A stretch of 64,000 nucleotides of DNA. Origin: an uncultured Pelagibacteraceae bacterium. GTDB lineage: Bacteria > Pseudomonadota > Alphaproteobacteria > Pelagibacterales > Pelagibacteraceae. Every line of letters begins with the position of its first letter. Position 1 is the first letter of the stretch. Shown one piece after another: positions 37,084 to 46,321 of this stretch. Position numbers and translations under genes: made by a program. Below the pieces are notes generated by a model that saw only the letters and a list, made by a program, of their open reading frames with translations, did not search any database and was not told the origin of the DNA. The stretch is from positions 19,937 to 83,936 of the forward strand of contig CABZLO010000002.1 in the NCBI GenBank assembly GCA_902526595.1, written 5' to 3'.

Positions 37084-39858
37084 TTAATGAAGCATTCCCC
37101 AATTATCACCTACATTGACATCGACTGTCAAAGGGGTTGAGAATGAATGAAAGTCGCTTTGAGCTACACTTGTCATCTCATTTTTAATTATTTTGGTCAT
37201 CAACTTTTCATCTTTTTTTGGAACTTCAAAGATTAATTCGTCATGAATTTGAAGAAGCATTTTTGGTTTTGTAATTTTATCATCAGACATTTTTTTGTTT
37301 AATCTTATCATTGCTAGTCTCATAATCTCAGAAGCCGATCCTTGTATTGGAGCGTTAATTGCAGCACGTTCTTGAAAATTCCTCACATTAAAATTTTTAT
37401 CATTTATCCCAGTAAAGTGTGATCTTCTTCCAAAAATATTATTTACATAACCGCTTTTTCTACAAAATTTAATAGTATTTTCCATATAGACTTTAATTTC
37501 TGGAAATTTTCCAAAATATGAATTTAGAAATTCTTCAGCTTCGTGGTTGGATACATTAATTTGCTTTGCTAAACCATATTGAGAAATTCCATAAATTATT
37601 CCAAAATTGATAGCTTTAGCTTTCCTTCTATGGTCTTGATTTACTTTTTTAATATCAATATTAAATATTTGGCTAGCTGTTAATGAATGAATATCCTCTT
37701 TATTTTTAAATGCCTTTTTTAATTCTTTCACATCTGCTAGATCAGCAAGAATTCTCATTTCAATTTGATTGTAATCTGCAGAAATTAATAAATGATCTTT
37801 TTTAGCCTTAAATGCTTTTCTTATATCTTTGCCGTCATCTGATTTAATTGGAATATTTTGTAGATTAGGGTCACTTGAAGCTAGCCTTCCCGTTGTTGTA
37901 GCGGCTAACAAAAAGGAAGTATGTACTCTATTTGTTGTTGGATTAACGTGTTCAGGTAATGCATCTGAATAAGTATTTTTTAATTTTGATAACTGTCTCC
38001 AGTCCAAGATTAATCTAGGAAATTTATTACCTTTAAATGCTAAATCCTCTAAAACAGAAGCACTTGTCGCAAATCCACCTTTTTTTGTTTTTTTTAAGCC
38101 TGCTATTTTTAGATCATTATAAATGATTTCACCTAGTTGTTTAGGTGAACCGATGTTGAACTCTTTTTTTGAAATTTTAAATATATCTTTTTCTAATGTT
38201 AGAATTTTTTTTTCAAATTTTTTTGAAAGAGAAGTTAAAAATTTACTATCAATCTCTACACCTTCTATTTCCATAAATGCCAGAATTTTGATTAATGGCT
38301 TTTCAAAAATTTCATAAATATTAATCAATTTTTCAGATTTTAGATTTTTAAGAAATTTCTTATAAAGTCTAAAAGTTACGTCAGCATCCTCAGCTGCGTA
38401 ATCTTTTGCTTTATCAACTTCCACTTCGCTAAAATTGATTTCTTTTTTTCCAGTTCCCACCACTTCTTTAAAAGAAATCGTTTTATGTCCAAGATGTAAA
38501 TCTGATAATGTATCCATATTATGTCTATTTTTTCCTGCATCTAAAACATAAGACATCAACATTGTGTCTTCCATTGCAGATAATGTTATGCCGTGTTTAA
38601 ATAAAACAATAAAATCAAATTTAATATTTTGACCAATTTTTTTAACACTTGGATCCTCTAATAATTTTTTTAGCTTTTTAATTACAACTTCTTTTTTGAT
38701 ACATTTTGATGATTTGTGACCAATTGGAATATAGCAAGCCTTACCTATTTTTGAAGAAAGCGAGATACCTACCAGTTCTGCTTGATGAGGATCTAGAGAA
38801 TTTGTTTCAGTATCGACAGCAACCTCTCCTAACTCTTCAGCCTCTTTAACCCACTCATCTATTTCATTTGGGTTAGAAATCAAATAATAATTTTTATTAT
38901 TAATTGGACTTTGCTTTTCTATATTTTTAGTTTCTGGAACAGAGCTCGTTAGGTCTGGCTCTCCATATGCAGAAATAGCAGAACTTAATAATCTATTAAA
39001 TTCCATTTCTCTTAGAAATTTATATAATTTACCTTTGTCTATACTTTTTAACTGAAACTCATGTAGGTCTCTATTTATTGGAGATTTATGATCTAATGTC
39101 ACAAGTTTTTTGCTAATTAATGCTTTATCTTTATTTGCTAATAGAGTTTCTCGTCTTTTGTTTTGTTTGATTTCATTAGCTGATTTCAATAATTTTTCTA
39201 GAGTGCCATATTTATTAATAAGCTCAGCAGCAGTTTTTACTCCTATTCCAGGTACACCTGGTACATTATCACTACTATCGCCTGCTAAGGACTGGACATC
39301 TATTACTTTTGATGCATCTACCCCAAACTTTTTAATGACGTCTTCTTCAGTTACAAATTTATTTTTCATTGGATCAAAAATACGGACATTTTTTTGATAT
39401 AATTGCATTAAATCTTTATCTGATGAAACAATTGTGACCTTTGCTCCTTTTTTGATTATTTGATCAACGTAAGTTGCGATCAAATCATCTGCTTCATAAT
39501 TGGGTAAATCTATGGATGGTAGGTTAAATGCTAAAACAGACTTTCTTATATATTCAAATTGAGGTGCCAAGTCATCAGGCGCCTCAGATCTGTTTGCTTT
39601 ATATTCACTATAGATTTCATTTCTAAATGTTTTTCTGGCAGAGTCAAAAATAACCGCAAAATGAGTTGGTTTCTGCAAATTTTGATTTGATTTTGAGTCC
39701 TCTAAAAGTTTAAAAAGCATGCTGCAAAAACCACTAACTGCGCCTGTTGGTAATCCGTCACTTTTTCTACTTAATGGTGGTAATGCGTAATAAGCTCGAA
39801 AGATATATCCAGAACCATCAATAAGATAAAAATGATCGGTTTTTTGTATTTTACTCAT
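37084..39858 (-). CDS. polA: DNA polymerase I
   Basis: 5'-3' exonuclease (LIDGSGYIFRAYYA), 3'-5' domain (DTET) and polymerase motifs ADYNQIEMR, AKAINFGIIYG, QIHDEL. Confidence 0.99.
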   Translation of the reverse strand: MSKIQKTDHFYLIDGSGYIFRAYYALPPLSRKSDGLPTGAVSGFCSMLFKLLEDSKSNQNLQKPTHFAVIFDSARKTFRNEIYSEYKANRSEAPDDLAPQFEYIRKSVLAFNLPSIDLPNYEADDLIATYVDQIIKKGAKVTIVSSDKDLMQLYQKNVRIFDPMKNKFVTEEDVIKKFGVDASKVIDVQSLAGDSSDNVPGVPGIGVKTAAELINKYGTLEKLLKSANEIKQNKRRETLLANKDKALISKKLVTLDHKSPINRDLHEFQLKSIDKGKLYKFLREMEFNRLLSSAISAYGEPDLTSSVPETKNIEKQSPINNKNYYLISNPNEIDEWVKEAEELGEVAVDTETNSLDPHQAELVGISLSSKIGKACYIPIGHKSSKCIKKEVVIKKLKKLLEDPSVKKIGQNIKFDFIVLFKHGITLSAMEDTMLMSYVLDAGKNRHNMDTLSDLHLGHKTISFKEVVGTGKKEINFSEVEVDKAKDYAAEDADVTFRLYKKFLKNLKSEKLINIYEIFEKPLIKILAFMEIEGVEIDSKFLTSLSKKFEKKILTLEKDIFKISKKEFNIGSPKQLGEIIYNDLKIAGLKKTKKGGFATSASVLEDLAFKGNKFPRLILDWRQLSKLKNTYSDALPEHVNPTTNRVHTSFLLAATTTGRLASSDPNLQNIPIKSDDGKDIRKAFKAKKDHLLISADYNQIEMRILADLADVKELKKAFKNKEDIHSLTASQIFNIDIKKVNQDHRRKAKAINFGIIYGISQYGLAKQINVSNHEAEEFLNSYFGKFPEIKVYMENTIKFCRKSGYVNNIFGRRSHFTGINDKNFNVRNFQERAAINAPIQGSASEIMRLAMIRLNKKMSDDKITKPKMLLQIHDELIFEVPKKDEKLMTKIIKNEMTSVAQSDFHSFSTPLTVDVNVGDNWGMLH

Positions 39859-39956
39859 TAAAATTTATTAAATGTTTTAAGATTAATATAGTCTAAACTT
39901 TAATTTAATCTACTAATCACTAGATTATATTAACAATTAAGAGTATTATTAATCTT

Positions 39957-40508
39957 ATGGAATTAACGAAAAATCTCACACAACCTAAAATAATTAAATC
40001 TTTTTTAGCTATAATACTTGGTTCAATAGCTTTAACTATTTCTGCAAAAATAAAAATTCCTTTTTACCCAGTCCCTATGACTATGCAAACTTTTGTAGTC
40101 TTATTTTTAGGAATTAGCTTAGGTTATAAAATTGGATTATCTACTATCGGATTATATTTAATTGAAGGAATTGCAGGATTGCCAGTTTTTTCAAATTCTC
40201 CAGAAAAAGGTGTCGGACTTTTATATTTCACTGGTCCAACTATGGGATATTTAATTGGATTCTTAACAGCATGCTATTTCGCATCTATGATTAAATTTGA
40301 GGATGGTTTTTTTGTTGTTTTGGGTAAACTAATACTTGCAACTTCAACAATATATATTTTAGGGTTGTTGTGGTTAGGGACATTAATTGGATGGGACAAG
40401 CCTATTTTAGCGTTAGGAGCTAAACCTTTTTTGTTAGCTGAAATATTTAAAATTGCCATTTTGGCATTATTGGTTAAGAAGATTATAAAAATTAGAAAAT
40501 TTATCTAG
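39957..40508 (+). CDS. bioY: Biotin transporter BioY
   Basis: PVPMTMQTF, GLPVF, GPTMGYLIGF. Confidence 0.93.
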   Translation: MELTKNLTQPKIIKSFLAIILGSIALTISAKIKIPFYPVPMTMQTFVVLFLGISLGYKIGLSTIGLYLIEGIAGLPVFSNSPEKGVGLLYFTGPTMGYLIGFLTACYFASMIKFEDGFFVVLGKLILATSTIYILGLLWLGTLIGWDKPILALGAKPFLLAEIFKIAILALLVKKIIKIRKFI

Positions 40509-41064
40509 GTGATCTTTTAGAGAGAATTCTTTGAAGAGTTCTTCTGTGCATTTTAAGTCTTCGTGCTGTTTCAGATACATTTCTATTGCAAAGCTCAAAC
40601 ACTCTATGGATATGTTCCCATTTTACTCTGTCTGCTGACATAGGATTTTCTGGAGGTGCTGCTTTTTTAGATGGATCTGCTAACAAAGCTTTTTCAACAT
40701 CTTCAGCATCTGCTGGCTTAGCAAGATAATCAATTGCACCCTCTTTAATAGCCGCAACTGCAGTTGGAATGTTTCCATACCCAGTTAACATTATAATTCT
40801 GCTATCATTATTTGAGGTTTGAATTTCTTTTACTACTTCAAGACCATTTCCATCTCCAAGTCTTAAGTCTACTACAGCAAATCCAGGTTTTTTTGCTTTA
40901 ACAGCTTCGACACCTTTTTGTACACTCTCTGCTTGAAAAACCTCAAAACCTTTCTTTTCCATTGCTCTTGCCAATCTTTCTCTAAAAGGATTGTCATCAT
41001 CACAAATTAACAGTGATTTATTCTCGAAATCACTCAGGTTTTGAAGCGTTGGTTTTTCTTTCAT
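40501..41064 (-). CDS. regA: RegA/PrrA/ActR redox response regulator
   Basis: LTGYGNIPTAV, PMSADRVKWEHI, NVSETARRLKMHRRTLQRILSKRSPR. Start MKEK at 41064. Confidence 0.96.
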   Translation of the reverse strand: MKEKPTLQNLSDFENKSLLICDDDNPFRERLARAMEKKGFEVFQAESVQKGVEAVKAKKPGFAVVDLRLGDGNGLEVVKEIQTSNNDSRIIMLTGYGNIPTAVAAIKEGAIDYLAKPADAEDVEKALLADPSKKAAPPENPMSADRVKWEHIHRVFELCNRNVSETARRLKMHRRTLQRILSKRSPR

Positions 41065-41070
41065 ACAGCT

Positions 41071-41099
41071 TATATGGTAACTCAGTAACATTTTTCAAT
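41071..41099 (-). promoter_or_regulatory. Putative RpoH-like promoter of regA, possibly leaderless
   Basis: Minus strand ATTGAA-N16-CCATATA, 6 nt before the ATG. Confidence 0.45.
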
Positions 41100-41232
41100 A
41101 TATGATTATTTAACAATATTGACCTGAATTATTTACTTTACATTGGTGATTTTTAACTTTAGATGCCACAAATATTAAAGTTTTTTATTTAAAAGACTTT
41201 TTTTTGTTAAATTTTTTTTGGAGGCATTAAAA

Positions 41233-42417
41233 ATGCAAAAATTTAAATCAGTTGAAGAACTTATAAATCAACTGAAACCTGAAAAACCAGTATATTGTAT
41301 CAGAAAAAGCTCAATTGAATCTGCAGTAAAGTTTTTTTTAAAAAAATTCTCAGGATTGGTTTTATATGCTGTAAAGACAAATCCTCATCCAGAAATAATT
41401 AAAACAATAATAGATAGTGGAATAGAACAATTTGACGTTGCATCAATCGAAGAAATAAAAAGCATAAGAAATTTTAGTCATAATGCAAAATGCTCATATA
41501 TGCATACTGTAAAAAGTAGAGAAAGTATTAAGGAAGCTTATTATAATTACAATGTTAAAACTTTTTCATTAGATACTAAAGACGAATTAATCAAAATTAT
41601 AGAAAGTACGAATAATGCAAAAGATTTAGAATTATTTGTGAGAGTGGCAGTTTCAAACGAGCACGCAGAAATTGACTTGTCAAAAAAGTTTGGAGCTTTA
41701 ACTTCTGAGGCTGTAGGTTTAACTAGATTAGCAAAACAACATGCAAAAAAAATAGGTTTAAGTTTTCATGTTGGATCCCAATGTATGCATCCAATTTCTT
41801 ACTCGAAGGGTATAACCGAAATCGGAAATATAATAAAAAAAACAAAAATAGTTCCAGACTATATAAATATAGGAGGTGGATTTCCAACTATCTATCCTGA
41901 TTTAATTCCTCAATCATTGAATAGTTACTTTACTGAAATAAAAAAAAGTTTAGAAAATTTAAAACTTGAAACATTGCCAAATATAATTTGTGAACCTGGA
42001 AGAGCTTTAGTTGCAGAAAGTGGATCAACAATTGTTAAAGTTAATCTAAGAAAAAAACAAAAGCTTTATATAAACGATGGTACTTACGGTACACTTTTTG
42101 ATGCTGGTACTCCAAATATTGTTTACCCGTCAAAGATGATTAAAGAAAACTCAAATAAAATTATTTCAAAAAAATTAACAGCTTTTGATTTCTTTGGTCC
42201 AACATGTGATAGCATGGATTATATGAAGGGTCCTTTTTTGCTTCCAAACAATATTAAAGAAAATGATTATATAGAACTTGGTCAACTTGGAGCTTATGGA
42301 TTAACTTTTAGAACTCAATTCAATGGCTATTATTCGGATGAGATTTATGAAGTTGAAGATAAACCAATAATGACCATGTACGATAAAGATAGCAATAAAG
42401 CAAATATGGTCGCTTAA
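41233..42417 (+). CDS. speC: Fold-type III PLP-dependent decarboxylase (ODC homologue; probably arginine-specific in this context)
   Basis: YAVKTN (PLP Lys), FHVGSQ, IGGGF, EPGR, GPTCDSMD, GAY; SD GGAGG at 41220-41224. Confidence 0.88.
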   Translation: MQKFKSVEELINQLKPEKPVYCIRKSSIESAVKFFLKKFSGLVLYAVKTNPHPEIIKTIIDSGIEQFDVASIEEIKSIRNFSHNAKCSYMHTVKSRESIKEAYYNYNVKTFSLDTKDELIKIIESTNNAKDLELFVRVAVSNEHAEIDLSKKFGALTSEAVGLTRLAKQHAKKIGLSFHVGSQCMHPISYSKGITEIGNIIKKTKIVPDYINIGGGFPTIYPDLIPQSLNSYFTEIKKSLENLKLETLPNIICEPGRALVAESGSTIVKVNLRKKQKLYINDGTYGTLFDAGTPNIVYPSKMIKENSNKIISKKLTAFDFFGPTCDSMDYMKGPFLLPNNIKENDYIELGQLGAYGLTFRTQFNGYYSDEIYEVEDKPIMTMYDKDSNKANMVA

Positions 42418-43460
42418 TGTCAGACCAAAAAAATCTGGGTCACAATAGTAAAAAAGATTTCTTAAAAAACCCAGTAGAACACATTGATATCACCTCCTTT
42501 GATTCAAGAAAGATTATCTCATCAATGGAAAAAATGTCTTTCGTATCTAGAGAGACTGCTAATGCAGCGAATATTTATAATGAAATGTTGAAAGATAAAG
42601 ATTGTACAATTTTCCTAACTTTGGCTGGATCAACATCAGCTGCAGGATGTATGAATATATATAAGGATTTAGTTAAATATAATATGGTCGATGCAATTGT
42701 TGCAACTGGCGCCTCAATTGTAGATATGGATTTTTTTGAAGCACTAGGTTTTAAACATTACCAGGGGTCACAGTTTCAAGATGATACCGAGTTAAGAAAT
42801 AATTATATCGATAGGATTTACGACACTTATATTGATGAGGAAGAGCTTCAAATGTGTGACAAAATCATATGTGATATAGCTAATACATTAGAACCAAGGA
42901 GTCACACTTCTAGAGAGTTTATATATGAAATGGGAAAGTATCTGAAAAAGAACTCAAAAAAGAAGGATTCATTAATTGAAACAGCATTTGATAATAATGT
43001 TCCAATTTTCTGCCCTGCTTTTACAGATTCGAGTGCAGGATTTGGTTTAGTAATGCACCAGGAAAAAAATCCAAAAAAACATATGACAATTGACTCTGTT
43101 AGGGAATTTAGGGAACTTACAGAAATAAAGATTAAATCCAAAGGTTCAGGATTATTTATGATAGGTGGCGGAGTGCCAAAGAATTTCATTCAAGATACAG
43201 TTATTTGTGCAGAACTTTTAGGAAAAGATGTTGATATGCACAAGTATGCTATTCAAATCACAGTTGCAGATAGTAGAGATGGAGCATGTAGTAGCTCAAC
43301 TCTAAAAGAGGCAAGTTCTTGGGGTAAAGTTGATATCACAAAAGAACAAATGGTTTTTGCAGAAGCTACAAGTGTTTTGCCTCTTATAGCTAGTGATGCT
43401 TATCATAGAGGGGAATGGAAGGGTAGAGATCGGAAAAATTTTTCAAATATTTTTAAATAA
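42417..43460 (+). CDS. Deoxyhypusine synthase-like protein (probable homospermidine synthase)
   Basis: IDRIYD, FCPAFTDSS, IGGGVPKN, SSTLKEASSWGK (catalytic Lys), AEAT..LPL. Confidence 0.92.
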   Translation: MSDQKNLGHNSKKDFLKNPVEHIDITSFDSRKIISSMEKMSFVSRETANAANIYNEMLKDKDCTIFLTLAGSTSAAGCMNIYKDLVKYNMVDAIVATGASIVDMDFFEALGFKHYQGSQFQDDTELRNNYIDRIYDTYIDEEELQMCDKIICDIANTLEPRSHTSREFIYEMGKYLKKNSKKKDSLIETAFDNNVPIFCPAFTDSSAGFGLVMHQEKNPKKHMTIDSVREFRELTEIKIKSKGSGLFMIGGGVPKNFIQDTVICAELLGKDVDMHKYAIQITVADSRDGACSSSTLKEASSWGKVDITKEQMVFAEATSVLPLIASDAYHRGEWKGRDRKNFSNIFK

Positions 43461-43463
43461 TTC

Positions 43464-44345
43464 ATGGTAAAAAAAACTACAATTGGTTTAATTCAAACTA
43501 AAGTTTTTGATAATCAAAATAAAAATATAGAAAATTCTGTAATTAAGATTAAAGAAGCAGCAAAGAAAAAAGCAAAAATAATATGTCTTCCTGAACTATT
43601 TTTATCTCCATATTTTTGTCAAAGTGAAAATCATGCTAAGTTTAAGTTAGCAGAAAAAATTCCAGGTAGATTATCAGATATATATTGTAAATTAGCCAAA
43701 GAACTTTCTGTTGTTTTAATGATTTCTTTATTTGAAAAAAAGACTACTGGTTTTTATCATAACACAAGCATTGTAATTGATGACAAGGGTAAGATAATAT
43801 CAAAGTATAGAAAAATGCATATTCCAGATGATCCAGGTTATTATGAAAAATTCTACTTCACTCCAGGAGATTTAGGTTTTAAATCTACAAAAACAAAATA
43901 CGGAAAAGTTGGTTCTTTAATTTGCTGGGATCAATGGTTTCCAGAAGCTGCGAGACTAACAACGCTAAAAGGAGCAGAAATTTTATTTTATCCAACAGCG
44001 ATTGGTTGGCACCCTAAAGAGAAAAAACAGTTTGGAAAATCCCAATTAGAAGCATGGATAACTATCCAAAGATCTCATGCAATAGCAAATGGGGTATTTG
44101 TTGCTGCTATAAATAGAATTGGTTTAGAGAAAACTGGAAAAAGAAAAATACACTTTTGGGGTAACTCAATGATTATCGATCCCAGTGGAAATATTATTGC
44201 GAAGTCAAAATCAGATAAAGAGGAAATCTTAATTACTAGCATTGATCTAAATAAAATTGAAACAGCTAGAAATCATTGGCCATTTTTAAGAGATAGAAGA
44301 ATAGATTATTACAAAGGACTTCTAAAAAATCCTAAAGATGAATAA
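43464..44345 (+). CDS. aguB: N-carbamoylputrescine amidase (carbon-nitrogen hydrolase)
   Basis: Glu-Lys-Cys triad in LPELF, YRKMHIPDDP and ICWDQWFPE; PTAIGW; WPFLRDRR. Confidence 0.9.
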   Translation: MVKKTTIGLIQTKVFDNQNKNIENSVIKIKEAAKKKAKIICLPELFLSPYFCQSENHAKFKLAEKIPGRLSDIYCKLAKELSVVLMISLFEKKTTGFYHNTSIVIDDKGKIISKYRKMHIPDDPGYYEKFYFTPGDLGFKSTKTKYGKVGSLICWDQWFPEAARLTTLKGAEILFYPTAIGWHPKEKKQFGKSQLEAWITIQRSHAIANGVFVAAINRIGLEKTGKRKIHFWGNSMIIDPSGNIIAKSKSDKEEILITSIDLNKIETARNHWPFLRDRRIDYYKGLLKNPKDE

Positions 44346-45408
44346 TAATTTATCTCTCATTGGCTACAGAATGCCTGCAGAATGGGAGTTGCAAGAAAGT
44401 GTATGGATAGCTTGGCCATACAACAAAAGTGACTGGCCTGGTCTTTTTAAAAATATCCCAAAAATAGTTACACAAATAATAAGTGAATTATCAAGATCAC
44501 AAAAAATAAATTTACTAATAAATAATTATAACGATAAAAAAAAAATTATAAATTTATTAAGTAAATTTCGTAATAACTTACAAAATATTATTTTTTACAA
44601 AATAACCACTAATCGAATTTGGTTAAGAGACTCTGGTCCAATATATATATTAAATGAAAGGACCAAAAAAAAGTTGATTGTAAATTTTAAATTTAATGCA
44701 TGGAGTAAATACAAAGATTATAAGAAAGACAACAATATCAATAATAAATTATCAAAATTAACTAAAGTAAAAAAAATAGATCCCGTTGTTAAGATTAATA
44801 GTAAGTCAAAACAATTAGTATTGGAGGGAGGTGCTATAGATGTCAATGGTAAAGGATCAGTTCTTCTAACGAAGGAATGTCTTTTAAGCAAAGTACAAGA
44901 AAGAAATCCTGGGATTACCAAAAAATCATTAGAAAAAACATTAAGTAAATATTTAAATGTTAAAAATTTCATTTGGCTTAATAAGGGAATTAAAGGAGAC
45001 GATACTCACGGACACATCGATGATATTTCAAGGTTTGTCTCTGAAGATACAATTATGACTGCAGTCGAAAAAAATAGAAATGAAAAAAATTATAAAAATT
45101 TAAAAGAAAATTTAAATATTTTAAAAAACGCTAAAAATATAAATAAAAGAAAATTTAAAATAATTGAAGTACCAATGCCCAAGCCTATATATATTGAAAA
45201 AGTAAGAGTTCCTGCAAGTTATCTGAATTTTTATATTGCTAATAAAATAGTACTATTACCAATCTTTAAAGACAAAAATGATAAAAAAGTAATTTTAATT
45301 TTTAAAAAATTTTTTAAAAATAAAAAAATTGTACCAATTGATTGCACTAAACTCATTTGGGGTTTTGGAGCTATTCATTGTATGACACAACCAGAGCCCA
45401 AAATCTAG
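44338..45408 (+). CDS. aguA: Agmatine deiminase
   Basis: RMPAEW, WLRDSGP, LEGGAIDVNG, DDTHGHIDD, ASYLNF, GAIHCMTQ. Confidence 0.92.
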   Translation: MNNNLSLIGYRMPAEWELQESVWIAWPYNKSDWPGLFKNIPKIVTQIISELSRSQKINLLINNYNDKKKIINLLSKFRNNLQNIIFYKITTNRIWLRDSGPIYILNERTKKKLIVNFKFNAWSKYKDYKKDNNINNKLSKLTKVKKIDPVVKINSKSKQLVLEGGAIDVNGKGSVLLTKECLLSKVQERNPGITKKSLEKTLSKYLNVKNFIWLNKGIKGDDTHGHIDDISRFVSEDTIMTAVEKNRNEKNYKNLKENLNILKNAKNINKRKFKIIEVPMPKPIYIEKVRVPASYLNFYIANKIVLLPIFKDKNDKKVILIFKKFFKNKKIVPIDCTKLIWGFGAIHCMTQPEPKI

Positions 45409-45409
45409 A

Positions 45410-45958
45410 CTATACTGGCTTTAAAGTACCAAGAAGAATTCTGAATGGGATTAACATTACAAGAGCAACTAATATCTTAACTGCTAAATCTCCTAAAGAT
45501 AAGGTAACCCAAGGAATACCTGTTGCATAAAAAGATATTGAAAAAAACAAAAATGTATCGATTGTAGATCCAATTAAGGATGATGTTAAAGGAGCAATGA
45601 ACCACTCCCTTTTTCTTAATTTATCAAATATTTTGACATCTAATAATTGAGCGACTAAAAAGGCTGTTCCAGATCCAATTGCAATTCTTACTGAAATTAA
45701 ATCTGCAAAATTTGTAGAGAATATAAGAGTAAAACTAATTCCTATTGCAAAACCAATATAAACAATTTTTCTTGCAACTAATTTTCCATAAGATCTGTTT
45801 GCTAAGTCAGTTATTAAAAAAGCTATTGGGTAACTAAATGCTCCATATGTTAATATCTCCTCTAATCCATAGTATTTAATTGGGAATTGGACTAAATAAT
45901 TTGATGATAAAACAACTACTCCCATTAAAAATGAGAGAAACAAGAATAATTTATTCAT
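45410..45958 (-). CDS. yhhQ: Queuosine precursor transporter (YhhQ/VUT family)
   Basis: YPIAFLITD, AFLVAQLLDV, IDTFLFF. Confidence 0.85.
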   Translation of the reverse strand: MNKLFLFLSFLMGVVVLSSNYLVQFPIKYYGLEEILTYGAFSYPIAFLITDLANRSYGKLVARKIVYIGFAIGISFTLIFSTNFADLISVRIAIGSGTAFLVAQLLDVKIFDKLRKREWFIAPLTSSLIGSTIDTFLFFSISFYATGIPWVTLSLGDLAVKILVALVMLIPFRILLGTLKPV

Positions 45959-46269
45959 TATGCAGATTTAGCCAAAGGTTTTTTCTTAAATGGGGATTTA
46001 ATTAGAATACCTTTTTTTAATTTTTTAAGTCTTGGAGATAAGTTTTTATTTTTCACAGTTTTTAAATATTCGTCAAAACTACCTTTCTTATCCACTGATC
46101 TAACTCCAGCATTACTAACTGTTAATTTTAAGCTTCTTTTCATTAGTTCACTAGTAAACTTTACTTTCTTAAGATTGGGCAAAAATCTTCTCTTGGTCTT
46201 GTTGTTAGCGTGACTAACGTTATGACCTTTCAAAGGAATTTTTCCAGTAAGTTCACATTTTTTTGACAT
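45958..46269 (-). CDS. rpmB: 50S ribosomal protein L28
   Basis: [27 protein letters not shown]. Confidence 0.97.
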   Translation of the reverse strand: MSKKCELTGKIPLKGHNVSHANNKTKRRFLPNLKKVKFTSELMKRSLKLTVSNAGVRSVDKKGSFDEYLKTVKNKNLSPRLKKLKKGILIKSPFKKKPLAKSA

Positions 46270-46281
46270 AATAACAAAGCC

Positions 46282-46310
46282 TATATAAGGTTAGATATTG
46301 GTGGCGTCAA
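46282..46310 (-). promoter_or_regulatory. Sigma70 promoter of rpmB
   Basis: Minus strand TTGACG-N17-TATATA. Confidence 0.65.
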
Positions 46311-46321
46311 GTTTAATAGAA

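Noticed and set aside
39859-39956. AATCTA-N8-TAGATT palindrome upstream of bioY as a biotin-regulator operator
   Set aside because: It does not match the BioR or BirA sites I know, no regulator gene is nearby, and such short AT-rich palindromes are expected by chance.
43464-45408. Extreme Lys/Asn/Ile richness of aguA/aguB as evidence of a foreign island
   Set aside because: Core genes such as hisC, tyrC, amgK and proA show the same bias, and there are no flanking repeats or mobility genes.
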